NCBI GenBank assembly: GCA_964229335.1 | Contig: CAXRCZ010000006.1 | Location: 1-51,330, forward strand | Source of the DNA: Minisyncoccia bacterium | Lineage (GTDB): Bacteria; Patescibacteriota; Minisyncoccia; Phycocordibacterales; UBA918 | DNA: 51,330 nt | Direction: 5' to 3' | Part shown: piece by piece, positions 1-9,821 of the stretch | Numbering within the stretch: position 1 is the first letter of the stretch | How the letters are laid out: each line of letters opens with the position of its first letter | Program-made: the position numbers and the translations under genes | The notes under the pieces: generated by a model | Told to the model about the DNA's origin: nothing | The model's input: the letters and a program-made list of their open reading frames with translations, nothing else | Database searches by the model: none

Positions 1-7
1 TGCAATT

Positions 8-484
8 TTACTGCGCTAAAAGCTTTTCGCGTAGTTCCATCAGGTCGGCACAAAATTGCTCTGGGGAATAGTGTGGATCAGCACCAGTTTCTACCTCATG
101 AGTAAGGAAGAGGCCTTCTGTAGCAAGCAGAGCTTGCTTACGATCCTGGTTTCCCATAATACTTGCCCAGTGAGCCGCTTTCACAATGGAAATATGTTCC
201 TGAGATCCTAACGCCACTTTTCTCCTTGCCCAGAAAGCCAATTTCGTATCGGCTTGACCACCGAGTTGTTGGGCATATCCCAGACTGGAAGCAAAAGCTT
301 CAAAGCGTGCCTCTGAGCCTTCGGGATATTTGATGCCAGCAAAAAAACCTTCAAACGAAGCAAACCAAATTCCTTCAAATTTGAAAGGTCGGTTTCTGAG
401 CGGGCTCAGCATTCTCGCGATTTCCCGTAGAGTCGCATCTTCATGCTTTGAACGACTATGAATATTCAGTGTTTGTTGGGTCAT
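8..484 (-). CDS. NADAR-like (T4 gp30.3-type) protein, putative
   Basis: Motif PFKFEGIWFASFEGFFAGIKY...ALLATEGLFLTHEV resembles phage-type NADAR proteins (by eye); SD GGAGGT upstream. Confidence 0.55.
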   Translation of the reverse strand: MTQQTLNIHSRSKHEDATLREIARMLSPLRNRPFKFEGIWFASFEGFFAGIKYPEGSEARFEAFASSLGYAQQLGGQADTKLAFWARRKVALGSQEHISIVKAAHWASIMGNQDRKQALLATEGLFLTHEVETGADPHYSPEQFCADLMELREKLLAQ

Positions 485-589
485 ATTTCATACCTCCAAT
501 TACTTCTAGCGCTACTATGCCTATATAAAAAACAGATTGCAAGCGATAAATAGATTGAGTAGTTGAACCTGTCTTGTTATTGTAAATGT

Positions 590-1168
590 ATGTTACACCT
601 AAAAATAATTATTGGCAGCACCAGGGAAGGACGCTTTAGCGAAAAGATTGTTCCTTGGCTTGAGAGTGAACTACAGAAAAATGAGAGTTTTACGTATGAA
701 GTACTCGATTTGCGTGATTACGACATGCCATTTTATGACCAGCCAGTTAGTCCTGCTACGGTAGAAAATGGAGAGTATGCACACGAAGTAGTCCGGAATT
801 GGGCAGACAAAATACGCGAAGCCGATGCCTATCTAGTGATTGCGCCAGAGTACAACCATGGCTACACCGCAGTCCTCAAGAATGCGCTGGATTCCGTCTA
901 CGCAGAATGGAACAACAAGCCAATCGGCTTTGTATCTTATGGTGGCGTCAACGGCGCTCGCGCGGTAGAGCAATTGCGACAGGTCGCTATTGAACTCCAA
1001 ATGGCTCCGATTCGCAGCGCGCTACATATGAAGGGCCCATGGAATTTACTCGATGATGACGGCAACTTACCAGACGGAGCCCTTGATGAATACTCCAAAA
1101 CCTTCCAAGGCGTCATTGCTCAACTCCAAAGCTGGGGCGAAGCGCTTAAAACTGTGAGAGATAATTAA
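590..1168 (+). CDS. NAD(P)H-dependent FMN reductase (flavodoxin-like fold)
   Basis: IIIGSTREGR, PEYNHGYTAVLKNALD, KPIGFVSYGG motifs; start moved to ATG 590. Confidence 0.93.
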   Translation: MLHLKIIIGSTREGRFSEKIVPWLESELQKNESFTYEVLDLRDYDMPFYDQPVSPATVENGEYAHEVVRNWADKIREADAYLVIAPEYNHGYTAVLKNALDSVYAEWNNKPIGFVSYGGVNGARAVEQLRQVAIELQMAPIRSALHMKGPWNLLDDDGNLPDGALDEYSKTFQGVIAQLQSWGEALKTVRDN

Positions 1169-1245
1169 TAAAACATATAACTATAAAGGCTGTAGTTGCT
1201 TTTATAGGGTATTAATTCAACACAATGAATTATTTTTTCTATAAT

Positions 1246-3876
1246 TTACAGCTGCTCGACAAACTGTCCGTAATTTTCAACCTCCTTGTACTTCACTTCG
1301 ACGACCTCAAAGTGTTTCTTTGCAGAAGCAATTTTTGCCTGCTCGGTTGGGCGAAGGTTTGACACATCACCCTTTGTTTCAATCACAAAATAGACACGCT
1401 CCTTATCCTCACCACCTTGCAAGTCGCGCTTTGTAGTTACAATTGCCCAGTCAGGATTGTATCCACCGATGGGAGTTTCAACCTTGAACCAGTTAGGAAG
1501 CTTGATGAAAAGCTTTACGCGCTCGTCAGCATCTAGGTCAACTGCAAAGCTCTTTTCCACCTCCGAGTCATACACAATTGCATCGTAAATAGAGTTTTTT
1601 ACTGGCTGTGTCGCATCCTTGTAGCTTGGAATGTTCTCAAATTGCTTTACGTCATATTGTTCAGGTAACACCTCATAACGTATCTGTTCAATATAGTCCT
1701 TTACTAACTCGGCTTTGATTATTTGTGATACTTCAAAACAGAATCGCTCTGGGTTATTGAGAAAAGCTTTTGCATTACCTGCTTTTGATAGAATCTCAGT
1801 GACTGTGTGCCGAGTCAGTTTTGTCTCGTTCTTGATTAGCTCAACACAATCAATAGCACGCTTGGTCTGATTGAGGTCGGTTGTACGTGCGCCAACTACA
1901 CGGGCACTGATTCCTTCTTTGCTCATCTCAACTCCTGCTCGATTAACCCGCACTTGTGGCCTTGAGATTGAAAGCTTGGCAATTTGCTCTGCACAATTCT
2001 CAATAAGTCGTTCACTGTTCACGCTTACCAAATAACGTGTTTTCTTTGAGATTTTGTCCCAGATACCACTAAAGTCCGTATCCTTATCAAAACCTTTTTT
2101 GAGTTTTACTGTTGTCTTACGCTTTGCGTTGTGGGGAGTAGGGGCTGATTTGTAGATACCATCTTCCTCGTATTCACCTTGAAGTTGCTGAACATACTCC
2201 GCGTAGCTCTCGTTGGCAATAACTGAAAGTAAGTTGATATGGGGCACGAATATACGCTCGCCATCTTGATTAACACAAAGACGCATACCACGCCCAATCT
2301 CTTGGCGCTTGCGAACCACTGACTTCGTTTGTCGTAATGTACAGATATTAAAGATGTTCGGATTATCCCATCCTTCCTTGAGAGCAGAGTGAGAGAAAAT
2401 AAACTCGGTTGGTTCTTCAAAAGAAAGCAAACGTTCCTTGTCTTTCATAATAAGTTCATATGCCTCGTCATTTTGAGAAATAGCACGCTCTTGTTGGAGG
2501 TACTCATCACCACGCTTCGCAAAGTATCCTTTATGAACTGTATCTACATCAAGTTCACCAGCGTCATATTCTTTCTTCAAGCGGTTGAACTCACTAACAA
2601 AAGTAGAGCGTATGAAGCCGTCTGATTGCACATAATTATCTACCTTATCTATGAAAAAGAGGGAGAGCACCTTGATGTTGTGTTCTTGTAACTGCGCTCG
2701 CTTCTCGAAGTGTCGTCTGATTGTTTGTTCAATTTGCTCACGCATCAACTGCTCATGATTGTCATCCACACCTTCTCCTTGAAGTATCTCTACATTGTTG
2801 CGAAAGCGTATCTTTCCAACCTGTCCCAAGTCGGGAGCATCAGCATCAAGTGCTTCAACCACATAACCTGCATAGGCATCATTGTTTGTTTTTACCGCCA
2901 AGTCGTCACCATCTTTTAATGTTAGTTTCTTTTGCTTCGGCACACCGCCAGCATCTTTTGCCACGGCTTCCACCTTTGCTTTGAGAGTTTTTCCAGCATC
3001 AACAGAAATAAGATTCAGTGATGGACGTGATACACCAGAATCATCGTCTGTTACAGAGAACACTTCAATCTTCTTTACCAAACCAAGCTGATAGGCATCA
3101 AATGGAGTAAGTTGATACATCAAATTGTACGCATTGCGGTGTGTTGCTGAATACCGAAGTCGAAAGAGTGCGTTGAACTCCTTGAGTTTTTCTGTCGTTG
3201 CTTCACCTTCCATATTCTGCGGTTCATCAAGTATCAAAATAGGGTTAGTTCGCTGGATGTAACTGATTGGTTGCTCGCCCTGCATTTGGTCACGTGATGC
3301 ATAAAGCACGTTAGCATCCTTGTTGAAGGCACCAACAGTCATTACCATAATCTCTATGTTGTTAGAGTCAGCAAAGCGTTTTACTTGTGATATGTTCTTT
3401 GATTGGTACTCGTAAAAGCGGTATGGCACATTGTCGTACAAGTCAGAAAAGTGCTCCTTGGTAATGTTGAGCGTCTTGATAACACCTTCACGAATAGCGA
3501 CAGAAGGCACGAGAATAATAAACTTCTTCCAGCCATACTTTTTGTTTAGCTCAAAGATAGTTCGTAGGTACACATAGGTTTTTCCTGTACCTGTTTCCAT
3601 CTCTATTGAAAAATCAAAGTCAGGAACAGCCCCACCATTTTTTATCTTGTTTCGCTTCTGAATCTTTTGAACATTAGCGTTTATTTCTTCATCAGAAAGT
3701 GTTAGTTCGTTAGGATAAATACCGTACGCCTGCTCCAAAGGAAGTCGTCCCGAAAGATGGAGAGTTGGTACATTCACTACAACACTTTGGCGCTGTGGTT
3801 GTCCTTCAAAAATGTCGGTAATTGCGTTTACCGCTTCGAGTTGAAAATCTTGGTTTGCATCAAACTTGAACTTCAT
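1246..3876 (-). CDS. res: Type III restriction enzyme, Res subunit
   Basis: EMETGTGKT Walker A, LDEPQ, ALKEGWDNPN, C-terminal YNPDWA...IETKG PD-(D/E)XK nuclease; overlaps mod stop by 4 nt. Confidence 0.95.
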   Translation of the reverse strand: MKFKFDANQDFQLEAVNAITDIFEGQPQRQSVVVNVPTLHLSGRLPLEQAYGIYPNELTLSDEEINANVQKIQKRNKIKNGGAVPDFDFSIEMETGTGKTYVYLRTIFELNKKYGWKKFIILVPSVAIREGVIKTLNITKEHFSDLYDNVPYRFYEYQSKNISQVKRFADSNNIEIMVMTVGAFNKDANVLYASRDQMQGEQPISYIQRTNPILILDEPQNMEGEATTEKLKEFNALFRLRYSATHRNAYNLMYQLTPFDAYQLGLVKKIEVFSVTDDDSGVSRPSLNLISVDAGKTLKAKVEAVAKDAGGVPKQKKLTLKDGDDLAVKTNNDAYAGYVVEALDADAPDLGQVGKIRFRNNVEILQGEGVDDNHEQLMREQIEQTIRRHFEKRAQLQEHNIKVLSLFFIDKVDNYVQSDGFIRSTFVSEFNRLKKEYDAGELDVDTVHKGYFAKRGDEYLQQERAISQNDEAYELIMKDKERLLSFEEPTEFIFSHSALKEGWDNPNIFNICTLRQTKSVVRKRQEIGRGMRLCVNQDGERIFVPHINLLSVIANESYAEYVQQLQGEYEEDGIYKSAPTPHNAKRKTTVKLKKGFDKDTDFSGIWDKISKKTRYLVSVNSERLIENCAEQIAKLSISRPQVRVNRAGVEMSKEGISARVVGARTTDLNQTKRAIDCVELIKNETKLTRHTVTEILSKAGNAKAFLNNPERFCFEVSQIIKAELVKDYIEQIRYEVLPEQYDVKQFENIPSYKDATQPVKNSIYDAIVYDSEVEKSFAVDLDADERVKLFIKLPNWFKVETPIGGYNPDWAIVTTKRDLQGGEDKERVYFVIETKGDVSNLRPTEQAKIASAKKHFEVVEVKYKEVENYGQFVEQL

Positions 3877-5714
3877 ATTGTTTTTAGTTCAAGGTTAAGC
3901 CCTAAGTTTGCTTTTGCTGTGTCATCAAGGGCAGTGTCAAAACAAATGAAGACCTTGTTTTTGTAATCTTTACGGGTCATTTCAGATACCGTCTTCGCAT
4001 CAATATTTTTATCGAGACAAAGCATGAGTTCCTGCTCATCACCAGAAATTGTGTAGATTTTATTTTTGCCGAGTTTGCTTTCTTCTATTTTTGAGTTGAG
4101 AGATAGACCTTCTTTCACTATGTTTTCGTAGATGAGACTTACTTCGTTAATATCATCAATGAGCTTGCTTTGTTTTGCTCTTTTTAGGTATTCCTCGAAG
4201 GCATCTTTGTTTTCCTCCTCGCTTTTCTCTGGGTCAAACTCAAAGGTGTTTTCGGGATAGTTAGATTCTGCCAACTTAAATACTTTGAAGCCCGCATTAA
4301 CTTTTAATTCTTCTATTATTCTACGTATTCTTTCCTTTGAAATATTCGCTATATTGTTGAACCCTTCTTTTCGAGCGATGCTTCCTTTTGGGGTCTGCTC
4401 TGGTAACTGCACAAGAATAAAATTTCTACTCCCTCCATCTTTGAGATTTTGTTCAATTATCGATTGCGCAGTCACGCCAGATCCAGCAAAAAAATCTACT
4501 ACTAACCCATCTTTATTAGTACCCATTTCGAGCAACCTTTCGATAAGTTCTTTTGGTTTTGAATATTCAAAAACTAGGGAACCGAATATTCGTTCTATTT
4601 CTTTGTTTCCGTTTATAGGTATATGTGATATTACCGTTCGTGGTGCGAATTCCTTTTTTTCATTTTTGAATATCTTTTGTCGAGGAACATTTTTATATTC
4701 TGGACCACTACCAAAATATATTCTGTCGTCTTTAATTAAGCTTTCCATCTCGTCTCTCGTTACTTGCCACTGTCTTTTCCATATAACTCCTGAGGGGCTC
4801 TTAATTTCAAAGTAAAACTCTGATTCTGGGTTTGAACTGTTTTCATCATATGAAACAATTGCTGAAAACCAATCACCGCGAGAATCATTATCAGGATTAG
4901 AAAACTTTCCTTTAGGTGATAAGAGTATCTTTCCTAGCTCGCCTCGTGTTCGATCCTTATGCGCAACAAGAATATATTCATGCTCTTTCTTGAACCCGCC
5001 ACCAGAAGTTCGTTTTACTGTATTACCTTGCTCGTCAACTTTATGCCACACCAACTCATCTATGTTTTCTTCTCCGAAAATCTCGTTCATCATGATGCGA
5101 AGGTGATGAACTTCGTGGTCATCAATGCTTACGAAAATAACTCCATCATCGCGCAGGAGACTCCATGCCAACTTTAGTCGAGGATACATCATTGAAAGCC
5201 AGTCGCTGTGATAGCGCCCGTTTGTTTCTTTATTCGTTGAAAGTTTATTGCCGTTAGAATCTATCTGTCCTGTTTGTTCCAGGTAGTTTCTTACTGGAGA
5301 TGCAAAGCTGTCACTGTACACTAAGTCATCACCCCTGTTATACGGAGGGTCAATGTATATCATTTTTACTTTCTCAAAGTATGCTTTTTGAAGAAGCTTC
5401 AGCACCTCAAGGTTATCGCCTTCAATAAAGAGATTCTCGCTATCATCAAACTTCACGCTCTCGTCTTTAAAAGGAGTGAGCGTAGCTTTGCTTGGTATCA
5501 CGACATTCTTGATAGCATTTGATTTACCAGACCAAGTAAAGCCAAACTTTTCTACACCCGCATCAACGTCATCACCAAGTGCCGCACAAAGTTTATCCCA
5601 ATCAATCTTTTCTTCACTGAATGCTTCGGGAAGTATGCGACGTAGCTCTGCTAGCTTTTCCACTGAAAGATTTGCGGACGTTAGGTTTACTTTTTTATGT
5701 TTTGGTTTTGCCAT
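3873..5714 (-). CDS. mod: Type III R-M adenine methyltransferase, Mod subunit
   Basis: IEGDNLEVLK, IYIDPPYN catalytic motif, DFFAGSG SAM-binding motif. Confidence 0.95.
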   Translation of the reverse strand: MAKPKHKKVNLTSANLSVEKLAELRRILPEAFSEEKIDWDKLCAALGDDVDAGVEKFGFTWSGKSNAIKNVVIPSKATLTPFKDESVKFDDSENLFIEGDNLEVLKLLQKAYFEKVKMIYIDPPYNRGDDLVYSDSFASPVRNYLEQTGQIDSNGNKLSTNKETNGRYHSDWLSMMYPRLKLAWSLLRDDGVIFVSIDDHEVHHLRIMMNEIFGEENIDELVWHKVDEQGNTVKRTSGGGFKKEHEYILVAHKDRTRGELGKILLSPKGKFSNPDNDSRGDWFSAIVSYDENSSNPESEFYFEIKSPSGVIWKRQWQVTRDEMESLIKDDRIYFGSGPEYKNVPRQKIFKNEKKEFAPRTVISHIPINGNKEIERIFGSLVFEYSKPKELIERLLEMGTNKDGLVVDFFAGSGVTAQSIIEQNLKDGGSRNFILVQLPEQTPKGSIARKEGFNNIANISKERIRRIIEELKVNAGFKVFKLAESNYPENTFEFDPEKSEEENKDAFEEYLKRAKQSKLIDDINEVSLIYENIVKEGLSLNSKIEESKLGKNKIYTISGDEQELMLCLDKNIDAKTVSEMTRKDYKNKVFICFDTALDDTAKANLGLNLELKTI

Positions 5715-5799
5715 ACTATTCGTTTTTTGTTAAGTGTACCAGTTTTTAAGTCTATTTAAAGTAGAAGATATAACAGGAAATTGAAACATGTCTGTGGTC

Positions 5800-5848
5800 A
5801 GTTCAATTCTTACACAAGCAAAGCAGTTTGTTTGCTTCCATCCCACTG
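5800..5848 (-). repeat. tmRNA 3' trailer: split antisense copy of the tmRNA T-arm/acceptor 3' end
   Basis: Transcript reads CAGTGG-GATGG + hairpin AAGCAAA-CAAACTGC-TTTGCTT + gtgta-AGAATTGAACT, versus true antisense CAGTGGAGATGG|GGAGAATCGAACT. Confidence 0.6.
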
Positions 5849-5854
5849 CAAAAC

Positions 5855-5874
5855 AAAAAGCGCCAAACGGCGCT
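5855..5874 (-). terminator. Intrinsic terminator after tmRNA
   Basis: AGCGCC-GTTT-GGCGCT hairpin followed by TTTT on the minus strand. Confidence 0.65.
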
Positions 5875-5887
5875 AATGTTTTAACAG

Positions 5888-6279
5888 TGGAGATGGGGAG
5901 AATCGAACTCCCGTCCGAGTTAGGGTGTGAAGGTGAGTCTACGTGTGTAGGACATCCTTTGATTTAAAGTACGTAGCTAGAGGATGAGCAAAACACTACG
6001 CACTCGAGTTGTCACAAATCTCGCTTACCTATGACAACGGCATAGGTAAGCCAAGTCTCATGGCTATTCTACTCCAACTAGGGTATGAGACGTTTGCTAG
6101 CGGAGCATCGCAGCGGCGAGCGAATGGTTACGCTACAGCGGGTGCGAACCCAAACGAGCGAACGTATGGGCTTGGTACTGCTTTGTTTGCAGATACAAAA
6201 TGGAACCTTTTTACGAATTGATTGCCAATTTCGACACGCACACATCCGACACGACTAACCGTCGATGCCTGGCATCCCC
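5888..6279 (-). ncRNA. ssrA: tmRNA (one-piece)
   Basis: 5' GGGGATG pairs with 3' CATCTCC-A with G3:U wobble; T-arm GGGAG-TTCGATT-CTCCC; tag frame 6190-6128 reads ANKAVPSPYVRSFGFAPAVA*; smpB nearby. Confidence 0.96.
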
Positions 6280-6388
6280 GCAAAAAATTGAAGACTTTCA
6301 ATTTTTTACGGGAACGGTGTACTTAATATTTAGATACATGAAGGTGGTGCGGACCGCCGAAGCGGTCCGCTCCTTAGTGTCATGAACC

Positions 6389-6736
6389 TTACGCCGCAAC
6401 GGAACGTTGTTTGGCTTCAGCTAGTTCGAGATCGAAGAAGTTGTCTAGGTCAGCGATGACTCGCTGTTCGACATTCTTATCGCCGTCTTCTTCAGCATCA
6501 GCGATTGCGCTCATCATGACATTGAGTGTGAGGAAAAGAATTCCTTGACGGTTGAACCGATAGGGAGGGATGTTCATCACCTCATCCATCTTGATCGACA
6601 AGTCGATCAGGTCATCGTCTTCTTCAGGGATGATAACACCCCCGGTATCTTCGACTGAATCTTTGCCCATGGCAGCGTGAGCTATCATGGTAGTTACCAG
6701 ACACAGTCTTTTTCCTTCGGATACTTGCTGTTGCAT
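6389..6736 (-). CDS. Hypothetical acidic protein, SD-led, C-terminus SVAA
   Basis: 115-aa ORF, AAGGAGG SD, GC hairpin GCGGACCGC-TTCG-GCGGTCCGC downstream. Confidence 0.7.
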   Translation of the reverse strand: MQQQVSEGKRLCLVTTMIAHAAMGKDSVEDTGGVIIPEEDDDLIDLSIKMDEVMNIPPYRFNRQGILFLTLNVMMSAIADAEEDGDKNVEQRVIADLDNFFDLELAEAKQRSVAA

Positions 6737-6806
6737 TTATCTTTCCTCCTTGAACAGTGGCCTCTTCCTCTAGCGAGGTAGGTCCACCTTCATATATCCA
6801 AATATT

Positions 6807-7256
6807 TTAATATGTATTTTTTAACGTACGGTTGATGTCGCGCTTGCTGTCACGCTCTTTGAGCGTTTGACGCTTGTCATACTGGCGTTTTCCGCGCGCA
6901 ATAGCGACTTCAAGCTTTATTTTTCCAGCATTACTGTACAAGCTAACTGCCACTGCTGTCAAGCGCTCTTTTTCTACTGCTTGCTCTATCTCAGCGAGTT
7001 CTTTTTCTGACAAAAGAAGTTTGCGAGGACGCTCGGGGTCATAGCTTTTTGGAGTGTTGGCTGGCTGGTAGGGATTGATGGTGGCGCCTATTAGATAAGC
7101 TTCACCACCGCGTACCACCACGTACGCGCTGGTGATATTACCCATACCTTTACGAATCGCCTTTACTTCAAAACCATGCAGCACTAAACCAGCCTCAAAG
7201 GTCTTTTTGAGTTCAAAATCAAACGTTGCTTTTTTGTTGCGCATATAAGTGGCCAT
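6807..7256 (-). CDS. smpB: SsrA-binding protein SmpB
   Basis: NKKATFDF...FEAGLVLHGFEVKAIR...RKLLL...ARGKRQYDKR; start ATG 7256 directly after TATAGT -10. Confidence 0.97.
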   Translation of the reverse strand: MATYMRNKKATFDFELKKTFEAGLVLHGFEVKAIRKGMGNITSAYVVVRGGEAYLIGATINPYQPANTPKSYDPERPRKLLLSEKELAEIEQAVEKERLTAVAVSLYSNAGKIKLEVAIARGKRQYDKRQTLKERDSKRDINRTLKNTY

Positions 7257-7348
7257 TGTGCGTACTATAGCGCAAAACGAGGTAAAAGTAAGGTGATTGA
7301 AGGCAAAAAAACTAGCAAAATCTCTAGGCATGCGTATAATGCGCAGGT

Positions 7349-9463
7349 ATGAATGAGCCAGAGAAAAAACCAGAAAATATAGAGGAAAATCAAGAAGAAG
7401 AGCAGCCAACCCCCGCTCCAGAAAAGACTTCTTCAAACGGGAAGGATACGACTGAGAAAAACCCAGAAAAATTAGCTCCGATACCAAAACCAAAGCGTAA
7501 TCGGAACCTGAAAGGTGTCGGAAAGAAAATGCCTGTTGGACCGGGAAATTTCTGGAACAACATGCTGACCACGCTGCTGTTACTTATTTTTATCACTGCG
7601 ATTTTCTCATATATTACCGAAACCAGAAATCAGCCTGACGAAGTCTCTCTGACTGAAGTAGCTGCTCAACTACGAGCAGGCGAAGTTGAGACTATCGTGG
7701 TGCGAGGAAATACATTGGAAGTTGAATACACTGACGAGACACGCACTGCGGGGGAAGCCCGCCGAGAAGCTGATGCGTCAGTGACAGAATCTCTCACCAA
7801 TCTCGGTGTTACCGCCGAAGAACTGAGTGGAGTGAATATTGATGTGCAACAAGAAAGTGGTTTCTTTTACTGGCTGGGACAAGCCGCGCCATTCTTGTTT
7901 CCACTATTGTTCCTTGGAATCATTATCTGGTTCTTTACCCGCTCGGTAAAAGGAGCTGGTATGCAAGCGCTTAATTTTGGAACCAGCAAAGCGCGCATGA
8001 TTGACCCAAATGACACCAACAAGAAGGTGACATTTAAGGATGTGGCAGGAGCCAAGGAAGCCAAGCGAGAACTGGAAGAAATTGTAGACTTCTTGAAACA
8101 CCCGAAGAAATTCCTAGAAATTGGCGCCGAGATTCCGAAAGGAGTGATGATGATGGGTTCTCCCGGAACTGGTAAAACCTTGCTCGCTCGAGCTGTTGCT
8201 GGGGAGGCTGGTGTGCCATTCTTCTCAATCTCTGGATCAGAGTTTGTTGAGATGTTTGTGGGAGTTGGTGCGTCTCGCGTACGCGATCTCTTTCAAATGG
8301 CTAAGAAATCGGCTCCAGCTATCATCTTTGTCGACGAGATTGATGCAGTCGGACGAGTCCGTGGTACTGGCGTTGGTGGAGGGAATGATGAACGAGAGCA
8401 GACTCTTAACCAAATATTGGTTGAGATGGATGGTTTTGAGCCCAATGCCAAAGTAATCGTGATGGCGGCTACCAACCGCCCAGACGTACTTGACCCAGCG
8501 TTACTGCGACCAGGGCGCTTTGATAGAAGAGTCACGATTGATTTACCAGACCGTGATGATAGAAAAGCCATCCTCGAAGTGCATGCCCGTAAGAAGCCTC
8601 TACAAGAAGACGTCAACTTTGACATCATTGCTCAACGTACTCCAGGATTCTCAGGAGCAGACTTGTACTCACTAATGAACGAAGGAGCTATCTTGGCTGC
8701 TCGTGAAAATCGTAAAAAAGTCAGTCAGTTTGATTTGATTCGCTCAATCGAGAAGGTAATGCTTGGTCCAGAGCGAAAGAGTCATATTCTTTCTAAACAT
8801 GAAAAATTAGTGACTGCGTATCATGAGATGGGACACGCTCTGGTGGCCTCAGTCTTGCCGTACGCTGACCCGGTACAAAAAGTCTCTATCATCTCGCGCG
8901 GACGAGCGGCTGGATATACGCTGAAGTTGCCAGACCAAGACCGACGCATGCACACCAAGAAAGAATTTCTTGATGATATCGCAATGACACTTGGTGGATA
9001 TGTAACTGAGCAAATGATTTTCGAAGATCTTTCAACTGGTCCAAGTAATGACCTGCAAGTGGTCGCCAGTGTCGCTCGAGACATGGTTACCAAATATGGT
9101 ATGAGTGAGAAGCTTGGTGCTGTGGCCTTTGAAGGTGGAGGACGACTTGTTGGTGGAGGCAATAATGATGAGCGCAGCTATTCTCCGACAGTCGCCAAAC
9201 TGATAGATGAAGAAGTATCACGGATTATTGACGAAGGAAAAGCCCGGGCTCGTGAAGTTTTGACAGCGAATATCGATGCACTTCACGCACTCTCCAAGCG
9301 ACTGGTAGAAGTTGAAACATTAGAGCGAGATGAGTACGAAGCGCTACTTAAAAAACACGGTGTTGAAATCAAAGATGCTTTTAAAGAAAAGTATGGTGAA
9401 GAGAGAGGTGGTGACCCAAGCAAAGTAATCGAGATTGCACCAGATAGCGAAGGGAATATTTAA
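7349..9463 (+). CDS. ftsH: ATP-dependent zinc metalloprotease FtsH
   Basis: Two TM helices, [24 protein letters not shown] zinc motif. Confidence 0.98.
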   Translation: MNEPEKKPENIEENQEEEQPTPAPEKTSSNGKDTTEKNPEKLAPIPKPKRNRNLKGVGKKMPVGPGNFWNNMLTTLLLLIFITAIFSYITETRNQPDEVSLTEVAAQLRAGEVETIVVRGNTLEVEYTDETRTAGEARREADASVTESLTNLGVTAEELSGVNIDVQQESGFFYWLGQAAPFLFPLLFLGIIIWFFTRSVKGAGMQALNFGTSKARMIDPNDTNKKVTFKDVAGAKEAKRELEEIVDFLKHPKKFLEIGAEIPKGVMMMGSPGTGKTLLARAVAGEAGVPFFSISGSEFVEMFVGVGASRVRDLFQMAKKSAPAIIFVDEIDAVGRVRGTGVGGGNDEREQTLNQILVEMDGFEPNAKVIVMAATNRPDVLDPALLRPGRFDRRVTIDLPDRDDRKAILEVHARKKPLQEDVNFDIIAQRTPGFSGADLYSLMNEGAILAARENRKKVSQFDLIRSIEKVMLGPERKSHILSKHEKLVTAYHEMGHALVASVLPYADPVQKVSIISRGRAAGYTLKLPDQDRRMHTKKEFLDDIAMTLGGYVTEQMIFEDLSTGPSNDLQVVASVARDMVTKYGMSEKLGAVAFEGGGRLVGGGNNDERSYSPTVAKLIDEEVSRIIDEGKARAREVLTANIDALHALSKRLVEVETLERDEYEALLKKHGVEIKDAFKEKYGEERGGDPSKVIEIAPDSEGNI

Positions 9464-9466
9464 GGG

Positions 9467-9508
9467 AAAGTCGAAAGGCGTGCTAGTCAGCACGCCTTTC
9501 GACTTTTT
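9467..9508 (+). terminator. Intrinsic terminator after ftsH
   Basis: AAAGTCGAAAGGCGTGCT-AGTC-AGCACGCCTTTCGACTTT followed by T-run. Confidence 0.85.
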
Positions 9509-9546
9509 ATTGAGTGAGAGTTTTGCTATAGTTCTCTCACCAACAT

Positions 9547-9619
9547 CCGCCAATAGCTCAGTTGGTAGAGCGCAGAGCTTATACCTCTGTGGTCCTTGGT
9601 TCGAGTCCAAGTTGGCGGA
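9547..9619 (+). tRNA. tRNA-Ile (anticodon UAU), no encoded CCA
   Basis: Cloverleaf CCGCCAA/TTGGCGG; anticodon arm CAGAG-CTTATAC-CTCTG; T-arm CTTGG-TTCGAGT-CCAAG. Confidence 0.92.
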
Positions 9620-9728
9620 CAGTATTAGTTGTAATATTCAGCTTGTTTACAACTGCACCCGAGGCGGTGTACTGTGAATAGTGGTGCACCTTTCGCGCCG
9701 ACTTTCGAGCCAGAGAAGGAGATTGCTT

Positions 9729-9803
9729 ATGCGCTTTACTCAACTCCCATCGAAAGGAGGTGATCAAGTATCTCGTGAGCCAAAAGAGGGTCACGGAGGA
9801 TAA
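9729..9803 (+). CDS. Putative 24-aa small ORF MRFTQLPSKGGDQVSREPKEGHGG (or part of an ncRNA)
   Basis: AAGGAG SD 7 nt before ATG; internal GAAAGGAGGTGATC; followed by terminator. Confidence 0.4.
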   Translation: MRFTQLPSKGGDQVSREPKEGHGG

Positions 9804-9821
9804 GGCTTTTCTCCTAAGCCT

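Noticed and set aside
3873-5714. Phase-variable simple repeat in mod
   Set aside because: Only short A/T runs of about 7 nt; no tandem repeat tract; frame intact.
6009-6385. ORFs 6009-6221 and 6200-6385
   Set aside because: They lie antisense to tmRNA and are explained by it.
9620-9720. Antisense trailer for tRNA-Ile
   Set aside because: Only a weak partial match (CGCCGACTT); no T-loop antisense, so not counted.
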